Shown: positions 52,708 through 63,123 of the stretch, in pieces
How the letters are laid out: each line of letters starts with the position of its first letter
Position numbering within the stretch: the first letter of the stretch is position 1
Assembly (NCBI GenBank): GCA_038203825.1
Contig: JBBRDO010000002.1
Location: 34,617-98,616, forward strand
Source: Chloroflexia bacterium
GTDB taxonomy: Bacteria; Chloroflexota; Chloroflexia; QHBQ01; JADMIH01
Direction: 5' to 3'
Length of the DNA: 64,000 nucleotides
Notes under the pieces: generated by a model
Seen by the model: only the letters and a program-made list of their open reading frames with translations
What the model was told of the DNA's origin: nothing
The model's database searches: none
Translations under genes and position numbers: made by a program

Positions 52708-53001
52708 ATGGCTGTTATAGAAATCGTAAAGCTACGGCTCAAAGATGGGGTGGACGAGGCCGAGTTCCGGGTCATTAACGAGCGCTTCCAGAAGGAGGTG
52801 GTGCCAACCCTTCCCGGTTTGCAGAGGCGCGAAGCTACACGCTCACCAGAGGGGGAGTGGCTGCTGGTGCTGCGTTACGTGGACATGGACAGTGCGACCA
52901 GGGCGATGCAGGCAGATACTAGCGACGTGTCCCACAAACTCATCTCGTTTATTGATATGGGATCCATGTCCGTGGGGCACTACGAGATCGTATCAGAGTA
53001 A
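52708..53001 (+). CDS. Small dimeric alpha-beta barrel (ABM-like) protein
   Basis: AAGGAG RBS; VIEIVKLRLK...LPGLQRRE...WLLVLRY pattern; divergent from marR. Confidence 0.75.
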   Translation: MAVIEIVKLRLKDGVDEAEFRVINERFQKEVVPTLPGLQRREATRSPEGEWLLVLRYVDMDSATRAMQADTSDVSHKLISFIDMGSMSVGHYEIVSE

Positions 53002-53195
53002 AGACTGCAGCACATTCATGCGGACCCCGGACAGACCGAAGTTGCATACAGGGTAAACCAAAGGCTGACGTAACAGCACCGCACGCTGTAACTAAGATGC
53101 GTTTGCCCTGTGCCCAATTGCCCACGAGATTATATCAGTCTGACCCGATCCTAAGACTTCTGGACGCCCCAATCGGTTAGTGTTGCGCGCCACTC

Positions 53196-54491
53196 TTAAC
53201 GATGAAACAATGCATTCAGGATCGAGTATTCCGGCAAATTTGCTCTGTTAGACGTAATCGTTGTAGTTGGAGTGCCTTGTACGCACTCAGGCTGAGCTGG
53301 CGTTGCCAGATCAAGAGTCCAACAGGAATAGGGATCGATGCCACTCAGTTGCAAATGCTCTCGCCACCAGTAGTAGCCAGCCGGCAGTTGCCCCACCCCG
53401 AAGCTGTGCGTGCCTGTAACGTAGTCAGGCAGCGGGGGAATCAGGTTGCCATAATATGACATATGGGTCGCCCACCAGGGTCCGTTTGGGCTGGGCGCGA
53501 TCTCGTAGTATTCCATTCCTTCGGCCCTAACTGTCAGAGAGCAAGTGTTTGTTAAAGTAATCGTAACGTCTATCCAGTTGCCTTGCTGAACGGCCGTGCA
53601 ATAACTGCTGATGACCCCCATTACACCTTGACAGCAAGGGACGATCGGCGTCGCTGTTGGTGTTGCTGTCCAGACCGGGGTGGATGTTGGTGGGGGCTGA
53701 AACAACGCATCATAAGTGATCTTTGCTGCCTGACCTCGCATCACATTAGCCGCAGGGCGGAAGTATGGCTTGTTATCAGGCGGTTTACAGGGTTCATTCG
53801 GCTCACCACATGGATAGCCGGTCAGCATTCCCCTGGCCGTTAATCGTTCAATGTACTCATAAAAGACATTATCCGGCGGCACGTCCTCGAATCTCTGCCC
53901 GCTCACAGGTTCGGTGAAGTTGAACGCGCGGGATAGTACCTTGGCCATTTGCCCTCGGGTAGCGCTGTTATTTGGGAAGAAGCATGGCAACGTCCAGTGT
54001 GAACAAGGTGGAGCAGCGAAATAACCGTACATAATGCCACGGGAAGCCATTCGTTCGATATACTCGTAGAAAGTAGAGCCCGGCGGCACGTCCTCGAAGC
54101 TCTGCCCGCTCACAGGTTCATTAAATCCCGCAACCAGCGAGACAATCTTGGCAATCTGTCCTCGACTTAAAGTGGTATACGGCCTGAAGCAAGGCGTGTT
54201 CTGTGCATCAGTGCAGGGTGGCGAGGAATAATAACCGGAAACTATACCCCAATTATTGAGATACAGGACGGGCGCGTAGAAATAATCGCCTGGACAAACA
54301 TCCGTGAAGCGTTCGCCCGGGCAGCCAGGAGGTTCATTAGCACGCGCAAAGACATGTTGACTGCTCTGATCCTCTGTCAAAGCTCGGAGTAGCACCCTAG
54401 TACCACTATCGACGATTCTAACTGCCAGGACAATGGTCAAGAAGATCAACCCGACTGGTGCGAATCGTGAAAAGCGTAATCTGCTACCCAT
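53196..54491 (-). CDS. S-layer homology (SLH) domain protein
   Basis: Three F(T/E)DV(C/P)P..F..(Y)I..L...G...GY...RGQ repeats, PT linker and Cys-containing C-terminal domain. Confidence 0.85.
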   Translation of the reverse strand: MGSRLRFSRFAPVGLIFLTIVLAVRIVDSGTRVLLRALTEDQSSQHVFARANEPPGCPGERFTDVCPGDYFYAPVLYLNNWGIVSGYYSSPPCTDAQNTPCFRPYTTLSRGQIAKIVSLVAGFNEPVSGQSFEDVPPGSTFYEYIERMASRGIMYGYFAAPPCSHWTLPCFFPNNSATRGQMAKVLSRAFNFTEPVSGQRFEDVPPDNVFYEYIERLTARGMLTGYPCGEPNEPCKPPDNKPYFRPAANVMRGQAAKITYDALFQPPPTSTPVWTATPTATPIVPCCQGVMGVISSYCTAVQQGNWIDVTITLTNTCSLTVRAEGMEYYEIAPSPNGPWWATHMSYYGNLIPPLPDYVTGTHSFGVGQLPAGYYWWREHLQLSGIDPYSCWTLDLATPAQPECVQGTPTTTITSNRANLPEYSILNALFHR

Positions 54492-55086
54492 AATGCCCTC
54501 TACAATTGGGCTCGGGACAGGCAAGTGAAACGATTCTATATCCTGGGTTTGTGCCCGCGCTCATTTTGAAACCGCTAATGCCCCCGATTGTAGCACTCGA
54601 CACCAATTTAGGCAATGAAACGAGCTCAGGTGGACGTGCCCTTAATGTTACGCAAGATAGAGCGGATCGTGATTACCACGGTCCGCCCATCCTGCCTCTG
54701 CCACACACCCATGTGCGCAAAGATGGCTGGATCAGCTGAGCGCCATTGCAAAGCCAATTACGTCGAGCATAAGTAGTGGCTACAGTAAACGCCGTGCCCG
54801 CCGCCGGTTTTGTTGCGTTCTGCAAACTGTTTTCCTGGCCGGGGCGTCGAGTCAACATACATCACCTGTTACTAGTCTAGCTCATGACTATGAGAATTAA
54901 CCGCTTCAACGATTAGAGAACCCTAAGCAACGGCTGTGCTCGACTTCCGCGACCTGTAGCACGTGCACCGGTGTCTACGCTACCGCCCAGGCAAGCCATC
55001 CCACGATTCTGGACAACCCCCGCCCCCTATGGTAAGATCACAGCTAATACTCCGGAACCTATTGCAGGGAGAGGATACTCTTTATC

Positions 55087-56901
55087 ATGTCATCGCAAAC
55101 AGAAACCAGCAGTAAACAGTACACTAAACTCAATTGCGGCGAACTCCGCGCAGCCGACGCCGGACGCTCCGTCCTCCTCAATGGCTGGGTCAGCCGCCGC
55201 CGCGACCAGGGTGCTCTCATCTTCATCGACCTCCGCGACCGCTGGGGCGTCACCCAGATCGTCTTCAACCGCGAAGTAAACCCCACGGCCCACGCTATAG
55301 CAGAGGAAGCCCGCGCCGAATTCGTAATGCGCATCGAAGGCGTCGTTCAGGGACGTGGCCCCGACCGCGTAAACCCTAACCTCCCCACCGGCGAAATCGA
55401 GGTAGCCGCCGATAAAGCCGAAATCCTCAATCGCGCCAAGCCGATGCCCTTCGAGATCGCCGGCGGCCCCGAGGCCGACGAGCTTGTCCGTCTCAAATAC
55501 CGCTACCTTGACCTGCGCCGCGCTCGCATGCAGCGCAACCTGGTCCTTCGCCACAAAGTCATCAAGTACATTCGCGATTACCTTGACGAGCGCGACTTCC
55601 TCGAAATCGAAACCCCCATCCTCTTCAAGAGCACCCCCGAGGGCGCCCGCGACTACCTCGTGCCCAGCCGCGTCCACGCAGGCGAGTTCTATGCTCTCCC
55701 CCAATCCCCCCAGCAGCTAAAACAGCTCCTCATGGTCGCCGGCATTGGCCGCTACTTCCAGATCGCTCGCTGCTTCCGCGACGAGGACCTCCGCGCCGAC
55801 CGCCAGCCTGAATTCACCCAGCTCGACCTCGAAATGAGCTTCATCGAGCGCGAAGACATCCTCCAGCTTATCGAAGCCCTCATGATCGAGCTCGTCCCCG
55901 CCGTCACCGACAAGAAGATCATGACCGTCCCCTTCCCGCGTATCACCTACGCCGAATCGATGGCGAAGTTCGGCAACGACAAGCCCGACATCCGCTTCGG
56001 CCTGGAGATTACCGAGCTTTCCGACGCGGTCCGCGACTCCGCCTTTGCCGTTTTCTCCTCGGCTCTACAGTCGGATGGCTTAGTTGCAGGGATATGTGTA
56101 CCGGGCGCTGCCGGCTGGGCTCGCCGCGAGCTCGACCAGCTAACCGAGACCGCCAAGCGTTACGGCGCTAAGGGCCTCATCTGGATGGCCGTCGAAGCCC
56201 AGAGCACAGAGGGCGACGCGAACTGGCAGGTACGCTCCCCTGCGGCCAAATTCCTCACCCCCGTCGAAACTAATGCCATCGTATCGGGGACCGGCGCCGC
56301 TGCAGGCGACCTCATACTGGCAGTGGCCGACACCACCAACACGACCCGCGATGTACTTGGCCGACTGCGCACCGACATGGCTCGCAAGATCGGCCTCGTC
56401 GACGACAACGTCATGGCCTTCGCCTGGGTGATCGACCCTCCGATGGTCGAGTGGAACAAAGACGAGAATCGCTGGGATGCTGTCCACCACCCCTTCACCG
56501 CCCCTATGCCCGAAGACGCCCACCTCCTCACCAGCGACCCCGGTGCCGTCCGAGCCGCCGCCTATGACATCGTGTGCAATGGCTACGAGCTTGCCACCGG
56601 CTCAATCCGTATCCACGACCGCGATCAGCAGGCCGCTGTCTTCGGCCTCATGGGCTACTCTGATGAAGAGGCGCAGGCCCGCTTTGGCCACCTCCTCGAC
56701 GCCTTCGAGTACGGCGCTCCTCCCCACGGCGGCATCGCCCCCGGCATCGACCGCATCGTCATGCTCCTCGCCGGTGAAAACAGCATCCGCGAAGTAATCG
56801 CCTTCCCCAAGACCGCCCAGGCCCGCGACCTCATGAGCGACGCACCCTCCCCCGTGCCCGACAACGCCCTCAAGGATCTGCACATCCGCGTGCAGGAATA
56901 A
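55087..56901 (+). CDS. aspS: Aspartate--tRNA ligase
   Basis: RLKYRYLDLRR, STPEGARDY, FRDEDLRADRQPEF, GAPPHGGIA. Confidence 0.98.
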   Translation: MSSQTETSSKQYTKLNCGELRAADAGRSVLLNGWVSRRRDQGALIFIDLRDRWGVTQIVFNREVNPTAHAIAEEARAEFVMRIEGVVQGRGPDRVNPNLPTGEIEVAADKAEILNRAKPMPFEIAGGPEADELVRLKYRYLDLRRARMQRNLVLRHKVIKYIRDYLDERDFLEIETPILFKSTPEGARDYLVPSRVHAGEFYALPQSPQQLKQLLMVAGIGRYFQIARCFRDEDLRADRQPEFTQLDLEMSFIEREDILQLIEALMIELVPAVTDKKIMTVPFPRITYAESMAKFGNDKPDIRFGLEITELSDAVRDSAFAVFSSALQSDGLVAGICVPGAAGWARRELDQLTETAKRYGAKGLIWMAVEAQSTEGDANWQVRSPAAKFLTPVETNAIVSGTGAAAGDLILAVADTTNTTRDVLGRLRTDMARKIGLVDDNVMAFAWVIDPPMVEWNKDENRWDAVHHPFTAPMPEDAHLLTSDPGAVRAAAYDIVCNGYELATGSIRIHDRDQQAAVFGLMGYSDEEAQARFGHLLDAFEYGAPPHGGIAPGIDRIVMLLAGENSIREVIAFPKTAQARDLMSDAPSPVPDNALKDLHIRVQE

Positions 56902-56921
56902 ACTCGGCAAGTTCGCGTCAA

Positions 56922-56962
56922 GAGGGAGAAGGTTGGCACCGATGGCCGGCCTTCTCCCTTTG
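56922..56962 (+). terminator. Intrinsic terminator after aspS
   Basis: AGGGAGAAGG / CCTTCTCCCT followed by a short T-run. Confidence 0.75.
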
Positions 56963-57191
56963 TTATCTCCAACGGCTTACCCACATTGCATGCAGGAGTC
57001 CCATGCCCGGCAACGGCATAATACTTGCTTCCGAACCTGTGCATACAACCGTGTAGCCATATGCACGAGGGTTGCTGTGCCTCTTGCCCGGTAAGCCTCG
57101 TGCATATATAATAACGACGCGCAACAAGAACTTGACACACTGCGCTCGTCGCAGGGAAGGCTCACGACGCTTTCCGAAAAGGAGTCCACAG

Positions 57192-58355
57192 ATGAACCAG
57201 GAAAACACAGGGACCGATCAGGTACGAAGCGTTGACGTGCCCACCTTGCTCGCTTCAATAGCTAAGCAGCTCACCCAGAATCAGGGTCACCTCAACCAGG
57301 TCGACCGCACGGGCACTCATGGTGAGCGCATTGCCCAGGCCTTCACTGCTGCCGCACAAGCCGCTGCAAACACAGGCGGCGACGCAGGCGCACAGCTTCA
57401 AGCTGCCGCACAGGCCATGAAAACCCAGGGCTCGGGCAAAGCCACTCAGTTTTACGCCAACGGGCTCCAGTCAGCGGCTCAGCAGTTCGCGGGCCAAACA
57501 AACATCTCATCCGACAACCTCGCGCAATTCCTCCAGTCTTTTGTTGGCGGCGTCCAACGGAATAACCCGGCCAAGCCCGGCCAGGGCACCATGATCGATG
57601 CCCTCAATCCCGCCTTGAACGCCCTCACGAGTGCGCAGAGTAGCGGTCAGGATACCATCGGCGCCATGTCATCTGCTCTCGGCGCAGCCATCACTGGCAC
57701 CCAACGCACCGCAGGAACCGCAGGCAGGGTCGATCCCGGTGCGGCCTCAGCTACTAACGTGCTCGGAGGAATATTCGCCGCATTGGCTCCAACCCTCCTG
57801 AGCGTAATCATGAACCGGGTTACCGGTAGCGGACAAAGCCAGCAGGGCGGCTTTGCCAACAGTCCCGGCGGCGCAGGCGGACTGGGCGCTCTCCTTGGCG
57901 GCCTCCTCGGAGGTGGCGCTTCAGGAGCCTCCCAGGGCAACACCGGTGGGGGCCTCGGTAGCATGTTAGGCGATCTCATGGGCGGTGGAGGCACCGCGGG
58001 CAGCAGCCAGAGCCAGGGGAGCAGTGGCCCCGACCTCGGTGGCCTCCTCGGAGGACTACTGGGCGGCAGCGGCGGTGGCAATACCGCTCAATCAACTGGC
58101 GGCACTGACTGGGTCGGCGGCCTGCTCGGTGGTCTCATGGGCGGCGGGCAGGGAAGCAGCGGCACGACCGGCTCCGGCGATCCCTTGGGTGGCTTGCTTG
58201 GTGGCCTTATGGGCGGCGGACAAGGCTCCGGTACTGACACTGCAGGAAACACCGGTACCACGCTCTCACCAGACCAATCACAGAACGCCGGCGACAGTGG
58301 CCTCGGTGGCTTGCTTGGGGGCATGTTCGGCGGCAACAAGGGCAACCAGGGATAG
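57192..58355 (+). CDS. DAK2/DhaL-like domain protein with a Gly-rich GGLLGGL(L/M)GG repeat tail
   Basis: AAGGAG RBS; LNQVD..GTHG, KPGQGTMIDAL and DPGA DAK2-like motifs; six glycine-zipper repeats. Confidence 0.72.
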   Translation: MNQENTGTDQVRSVDVPTLLASIAKQLTQNQGHLNQVDRTGTHGERIAQAFTAAAQAAANTGGDAGAQLQAAAQAMKTQGSGKATQFYANGLQSAAQQFAGQTNISSDNLAQFLQSFVGGVQRNNPAKPGQGTMIDALNPALNALTSAQSSGQDTIGAMSSALGAAITGTQRTAGTAGRVDPGAASATNVLGGIFAALAPTLLSVIMNRVTGSGQSQQGGFANSPGGAGGLGALLGGLLGGGASGASQGNTGGGLGSMLGDLMGGGGTAGSSQSQGSSGPDLGGLLGGLLGGSGGGNTAQSTGGTDWVGGLLGGLMGGGQGSSGTTGSGDPLGGLLGGLMGGGQGSGTDTAGNTGTTLSPDQSQNAGDSGLGGLLGGMFGGNKGNQG

Positions 58356-58375
58356 CAAGACCCCGGACAGCAAAC

Positions 58376-58407
58376 GACCGGCGACAGGGCTTCACCCGCC
58401 GCCGGTC
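58376..58407. terminator. Hairpin between convergent genes
   Basis: GACCGGCG / CGCCGGTC stem. Confidence 0.55.
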
Positions 58408-58426
58408 GTCTGGCGTCAAAGTGCTC

Positions 58427-61312
58427 TTATTCCGGCTTCTTCGCCAACGCAAACAGCACCGGAGTCGTCGTCTTGATCCCCTCAGGACCGAACAGCGACT
58501 TCACTTCGTCTTCGTGGCTTCGCTTGAACGATTCCACCTGTGCCGGCGTCATGTGGTCCAACAGCAGATCGCCCCATGTCGAGCCTCGTCCGTACTCCCA
58601 CCAGTCTTCAAACGTGGTAAAGCGCATTGCTATCCCGTCCTCAACGATATGCACGCCCTTGAAGCCGGCGTCTTTAATCAGCTGCTCAAGACCCGCCTTC
58701 TGGCGCGTCAACACCGCCGTCTCTGAGTAGGTCGGCTCGTCCCGCTTCTGCTCTTCTGTAGCGCGGCGCAGCGCAGCCATGTATGGCTGACTCAAAGGCG
58801 AGAAGGCCGTTTCGGCGTCCGCTGTAGTGATCCCTAGCACGCCGCCTGGCTTCAACACCCGCAGCATTTCCTTCAAAGCGCCAGGTATATCAGGGAAGTA
58901 GAATATAGCGAGGCTACAGGTCACCACGTCAAACGTGTCGTCAGGGAACTTCAGCTCCTGCGCGTTCATCTGCAACCACTCTATATTCTTCAACCTGTAG
59001 GCTCGAGCTTTTCGCTCCGAATAGTCGAGCATGGCCTGCGCCAGGTCGATGCCGGTCACGTGCCCCTCCGGCCCTACCTTATCGGCCAGTGCCAGCGCCA
59101 AACTGCCGGTCGCGCTGGCTATGTCGAGGCAGACCGCCCCTTTCTTCGGTGATAGCAGTTCGGCGAACTTGTTGTCCGTCTTCTCGGGCAAGCCGTGACC
59201 CAGCTTGTCGTGGTCCTCAACCGATTTGTCAGCCCGGGCCACAACCAGCTGGTCGAACAGTTCTGCCTTCGACAGCGGCTTCGGTCGCGCACCCGGTGAA
59301 GCGGTCGTCATGGTGGTCTTCGTCGGCATCGCCGTGGTCGATCCAACCGCTCCCGCTGTGGCCTCCCGCTCGATCGTCGACGCATCGCCATGCTCACGTA
59401 TGAAGTTCAACAACCCGCCTGCCAGGATTATTAAGACCTGGCGTGGCGACAGGCTGTGCTTCACCTGGTACTTGTGCCCCTTGCTAAGATTGATCAGCGT
59501 CAGGTTACCGTCGCCATTGAGCAACTCACCGTGAATGTCTTCTATCAGCAACTCATCCTTTTCGTTGATCTTGTCGTAATCCTCGACATTCACAAACGTC
59601 ATCGGTACGATTCCGAAGTTGATCAAGTTGTCGCGGTGAATGCGAGCAAAGCTCTTGGTTATAACCCCGCGCACCCCCAGGAACATGGGAGCCAAAGCCG
59701 CATGCTCGCGACTCGACCCCTGCCCGTAGTTGCTGCCTCCGACCACAAAACCACCGCCCTGTTGCTTGGCTCTCATAGCGAATGACGGGTCAACCTTCTC
59801 GAAAACGTATTCCGAGATGGCCGGAATGTTGGAGCGCAAAGGTAGTATCTTGGCTCCTGCGGGCATGATATGGTCCGTTGTAATATTGTCGCCCACCTTT
59901 AGCAAAACCTGTCCCGCCAGGTTCTGGCCTATGGGCTTGTTCATAGGCAGCGGCTTGATGTTTGGCCCGCGCAAGACTTCGACCCCTTCAGGCTCGCTTG
60001 CAGGCGGCACTATCATGTTGTCCTCGATTAGATAGTGTTCAGGCGCTTCAACATCGATCTTAGGCCCCAACGTGCGTGGGTCCGTAATGACCCCCGTCAG
60101 CGCGCTGGCCGCGCAAGTCTCAGGCGAAGCCAGGTACACAAGCGCATTTGGCGTACCCGACCGTCCCTCAAAGTTCCGATTAAACGAGCGAAGCGACACT
60201 GCCCCCGAAGCCGGAGCCTGCCCCATGCCAATGCACGGCCCACAAGCCGACTCAAGGATCCGTGCCCCCGACTCGATCAGGTCGCCAAGCGCACCTGAAC
60301 GGGCGATCATGGTGAACACCTGGCGCGAGCCCGGTGTCACACCGAACGACAGCCCGGGATCGACCGTCTTGCCTTTCAGGGCATTCGACACGGTCTGCAA
60401 GTCCACAAATGAGGAGTTAGTGCACGAGCCTACAAGTACCTGCGTCACAGGCGTGCCCGCGACTTCGCGTACAGGCACGACGCTATCAGGGCTGTGCGGC
60501 CGAGAAATGAGTGGCTCAAGGTCGTCCAACACGATCTCGATTATCCCGTCATATTCGGCGCCCTCATCCGCCAGCAGCTCGACCCAGTCCTCACCGCGAC
60601 CCTGCGCGTCCATATACTCTTTCGTCCTGTGGTCGGAGGGGAATATCGACGTCGTGGCGCCCAGTTCCGCGCCCATGTTCGTCATTGTGCCGCGTTCAGG
60701 CACCGACAGGTCCGCGACTCCCGGCCCGCCATACTCAATTATCTTGCCTACGCCGCCCTTAACAGTCAACTGCCGCAGTAGCTCGAAAATAATATCCTTG
60801 GATGCAACCCACTGCTGGCGCTTGCCAATCAGTTTTACGAGCCACACTTCCGGCATAGCCGTATAGAAAGGCCCACCGCCCATCGCCACGGCCACGTCCA
60901 GCCCGCCCGCGCCGATTGCTATCATCCCGAGGCCGCCGCATGTGGGCGTGTGGCTGTCCGATCCGAGCAAAGTCTTACCCGGCACAGCAAAGCGCTCGAG
61001 GTGCACCTGGTGGCAGATTCCGTTGCCCGGACGAGAGAAAAATATGCCGTACTTGGCGGCAATTGACTGCAGGAACCTATGGTCATCGGCGTTTTCGAAG
61101 CCGGTCTGGAGCATATTATGGTCTACGTACGACACAGATACATCGGTGCGCACTCGAGGTATGCCCATGGCCTCGAACTGTAGATACGACATCGTACCCG
61201 TGGCGTCCTGTGTGAGTGTCTGATCTATGTGTATGGCGACCTCGTGACCGGGGATCATTTCTCCTGAGACGAGATGCGCCGCGAATATCTTTCGAACAAG
61301 ATTCAGCGGCAT
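58427..61312 (-). CDS. Aconitate hydratase fused to a C-terminal class I SAM-dependent methyltransferase
   Basis: QDATGT, DHN, GSDSHT, GSCTN, CGPCIG, TTDHI, YGQGSSREHA; then LDIASATG, GIDLA, FDVV, RVLKPGG; GAGGAG RBS before ATG at 61312. Confidence 0.9.
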   Translation of the reverse strand: MPLNLVRKIFAAHLVSGEMIPGHEVAIHIDQTLTQDATGTMSYLQFEAMGIPRVRTDVSVSYVDHNMLQTGFENADDHRFLQSIAAKYGIFFSRPGNGICHQVHLERFAVPGKTLLGSDSHTPTCGGLGMIAIGAGGLDVAVAMGGGPFYTAMPEVWLVKLIGKRQQWVASKDIIFELLRQLTVKGGVGKIIEYGGPGVADLSVPERGTMTNMGAELGATTSIFPSDHRTKEYMDAQGRGEDWVELLADEGAEYDGIIEIVLDDLEPLISRPHSPDSVVPVREVAGTPVTQVLVGSCTNSSFVDLQTVSNALKGKTVDPGLSFGVTPGSRQVFTMIARSGALGDLIESGARILESACGPCIGMGQAPASGAVSLRSFNRNFEGRSGTPNALVYLASPETCAASALTGVITDPRTLGPKIDVEAPEHYLIEDNMIVPPASEPEGVEVLRGPNIKPLPMNKPIGQNLAGQVLLKVGDNITTDHIMPAGAKILPLRSNIPAISEYVFEKVDPSFAMRAKQQGGGFVVGGSNYGQGSSREHAALAPMFLGVRGVITKSFARIHRDNLINFGIVPMTFVNVEDYDKINEKDELLIEDIHGELLNGDGNLTLINLSKGHKYQVKHSLSPRQVLIILAGGLLNFIREHGDASTIEREATAGAVGSTTAMPTKTTMTTASPGARPKPLSKAELFDQLVVARADKSVEDHDKLGHGLPEKTDNKFAELLSPKKGAVCLDIASATGSLALALADKVGPEGHVTGIDLAQAMLDYSERKARAYRLKNIEWLQMNAQELKFPDDTFDVVTCSLAIFYFPDIPGALKEMLRVLKPGGVLGITTADAETAFSPLSQPYMAALRRATEEQKRDEPTYSETAVLTRQKAGLEQLIKDAGFKGVHIVEDGIAMRFTTFEDWWEYGRGSTWGDLLLDHMTPAQVESFKRSHEDEVKSLFGPEGIKTTTPVLFALAKKPE

Positions 61313-61497
61313 TGCAAAGAACTCCTCTAGTAATGTGCGCTTTCTCAAATGCGCTTGATTCTATCTCCCAACTAATAGTATAGCATATTCTGCACACCCG
61401 ATCGCCCCTTGCGTCCCTTGTTTATGCGATTCTAACTATCTCTCGAACGGGTGTTATAATGCGGCGTGAAACTCAGGAATTACAGGAGTAAATAAGT

Positions 61498-63021
61498 ATG
61501 CCCACGCCTTCTGCTCGTACAAAATCCACCAACAACAAACCTCGTCTCCATAGCTGGGACATACCCGCGGCCCAGATCCCGGTCGGTCTTAGCTATGACG
61601 ATGTGCTAATTACGCCCCAGCGCACAACCGTCAGCTCGCGCCGCACTGTCGACACCACCACATCGCTCTCACGCAACATTCGGCTGAACATTCCCATCGT
61701 CTCCGCCAATATGGACACCGTCACCGAGAGCAGCATGGCAATTGAAATGGCCCGCCAGGGTGGTATAGGCATCATCCACCGCTTCCTCACCATTGAGGCC
61801 CAGGCAGATGAAGTACGCAAAGTGAAACGCGCTGAGGCGTTTATCATCAACCAGCCATACACTATCGGCCCCGACGAAACGGTCGAGCGCGCACGTGATG
61901 CCATGGAACGCTACGATATCTCGGGCCTCGTAGTAGTGGACGACGGAGGCCGCTTGGCCGGCCTTCTCTCCTCCCGAGACGTGCGCTTCGTGCGCAACCC
62001 CGATGCTATGGTTGGCGAAGTGATGACCCCTCGCCATAAGTTGATCACTGCCCCCGCCGACGTGTCCCTCGAAGAAGCCGCTGAGCTATTTGCCCTGCAC
62101 AAGATCGAGAAGTTGCCCCTCGTAGAGGACGGAGTCGTGGTTGGCTTGATCGCTGCCAAGGACCTCGAGAACGTCGGTGACAATCCTCATGCTATCAAAG
62201 ACAAGCGCGGTCACCTGCTGGTCGGTGCAGCCATTGGCGTGATGCATGACCCCATAGAGCGTTCTCGCGCCCTGCTCGAGGCAGGAGCAGACGTCTTGGT
62301 CGTAGACGTTGCTCATGGACATGCCCAAACCGTCATTGACCTGGTCAAGGAGTTAAAACAACGCTGGCCCGAAGTAGACTTCATTGCCGGCAACGTCGCG
62401 ACCGCCGAAGGCGCGCTCGACCTGATCGAAGCCGGCGTGGATGCGGTCAAAGTGGGCGTCGGGCCGGGCGCCGCCTGCACAACCCGCATCGTCACAGGTG
62501 CCGGGGTACCCCAGCTAACGGCCGTCCTCGAATGCGCCGCGATCTGCCATGAGCATGGCATTCCCCTGATCGCCGACGGCGGTATCAAAACCTCCGGCGA
62601 TGTCACCAAAGCCCTGGCCGCAGGTGCTTCCACGGTGATGATTGGCAGCCTCCTTGCCGGCACCGACGAGAGCCCCGGCCAGATTGTCTCCAGGCGGGGC
62701 GGTCGTTACAAGACCTTCCGCGGCATGGCCTCGGTAAGCGCGACTGTTGCCCGCAAGAAACGCGAGCAGGAGATGTCCGACATACTGCGCCAGGACGAAG
62801 ATGAGTGGCTCAGTCAGGTCGTCGCTGAGGGCGTCGAAGCAATGGTCCCCTACAGAGGCCCTGTCCACGAGATGCTATTCCAGCTTGCGGGTGGGCTGCG
62901 CTCCGGCATGAGCTATTCCAACGCTCATAACCTGGAGCAATTGTGGCAGAACGCCCGCTTTGTCCGCATAACCCCAGCCGGTCTGAGAGAAAGCGGCCCG
63001 CACGACCTCGTGCTCGACTGA
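61498..63021 (+). CDS. guaB: IMP dehydrogenase / GMP reductase family protein with CBS domains
   Basis: [19 protein letters not shown] pair, [31 protein letters not shown]; may actually be a GMP reductase (see findings). Confidence 0.85.
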   Translation: MPTPSARTKSTNNKPRLHSWDIPAAQIPVGLSYDDVLITPQRTTVSSRRTVDTTTSLSRNIRLNIPIVSANMDTVTESSMAIEMARQGGIGIIHRFLTIEAQADEVRKVKRAEAFIINQPYTIGPDETVERARDAMERYDISGLVVVDDGGRLAGLLSSRDVRFVRNPDAMVGEVMTPRHKLITAPADVSLEEAAELFALHKIEKLPLVEDGVVVGLIAAKDLENVGDNPHAIKDKRGHLLVGAAIGVMHDPIERSRALLEAGADVLVVDVAHGHAQTVIDLVKELKQRWPEVDFIAGNVATAEGALDLIEAGVDAVKVGVGPGAACTTRIVTGAGVPQLTAVLECAAICHEHGIPLIADGGIKTSGDVTKALAAGASTVMIGSLLAGTDESPGQIVSRRGGRYKTFRGMASVSATVARKKREQEMSDILRQDEDEWLSQVVAEGVEAMVPYRGPVHEMLFQLAGGLRSGMSYSNAHNLEQLWQNARFVRITPAGLRESGPHDLVLD

Positions 63022-63123
63022 GCATATCATTTCCCGAAATCCTACGTTATAATGCTGCCAAGCACGACTTCCACAGAGCGTGTTTGCTTTGGCAAGAACG
63101 ATCAATGTCGGCAAGGAGACTTC

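Noticed and set aside
53875-54119. Near-identical direct repeat of about 38 bp as a mobile-element trace
   Set aside because: It is explained by duplicated SLH domains (EPVSGQxFEDVPP) within the CDS.
54540-55080. Possible ncRNA or T-box upstream of aspS
   Set aside because: No T-box consensus or convincing conserved structure was recognised.
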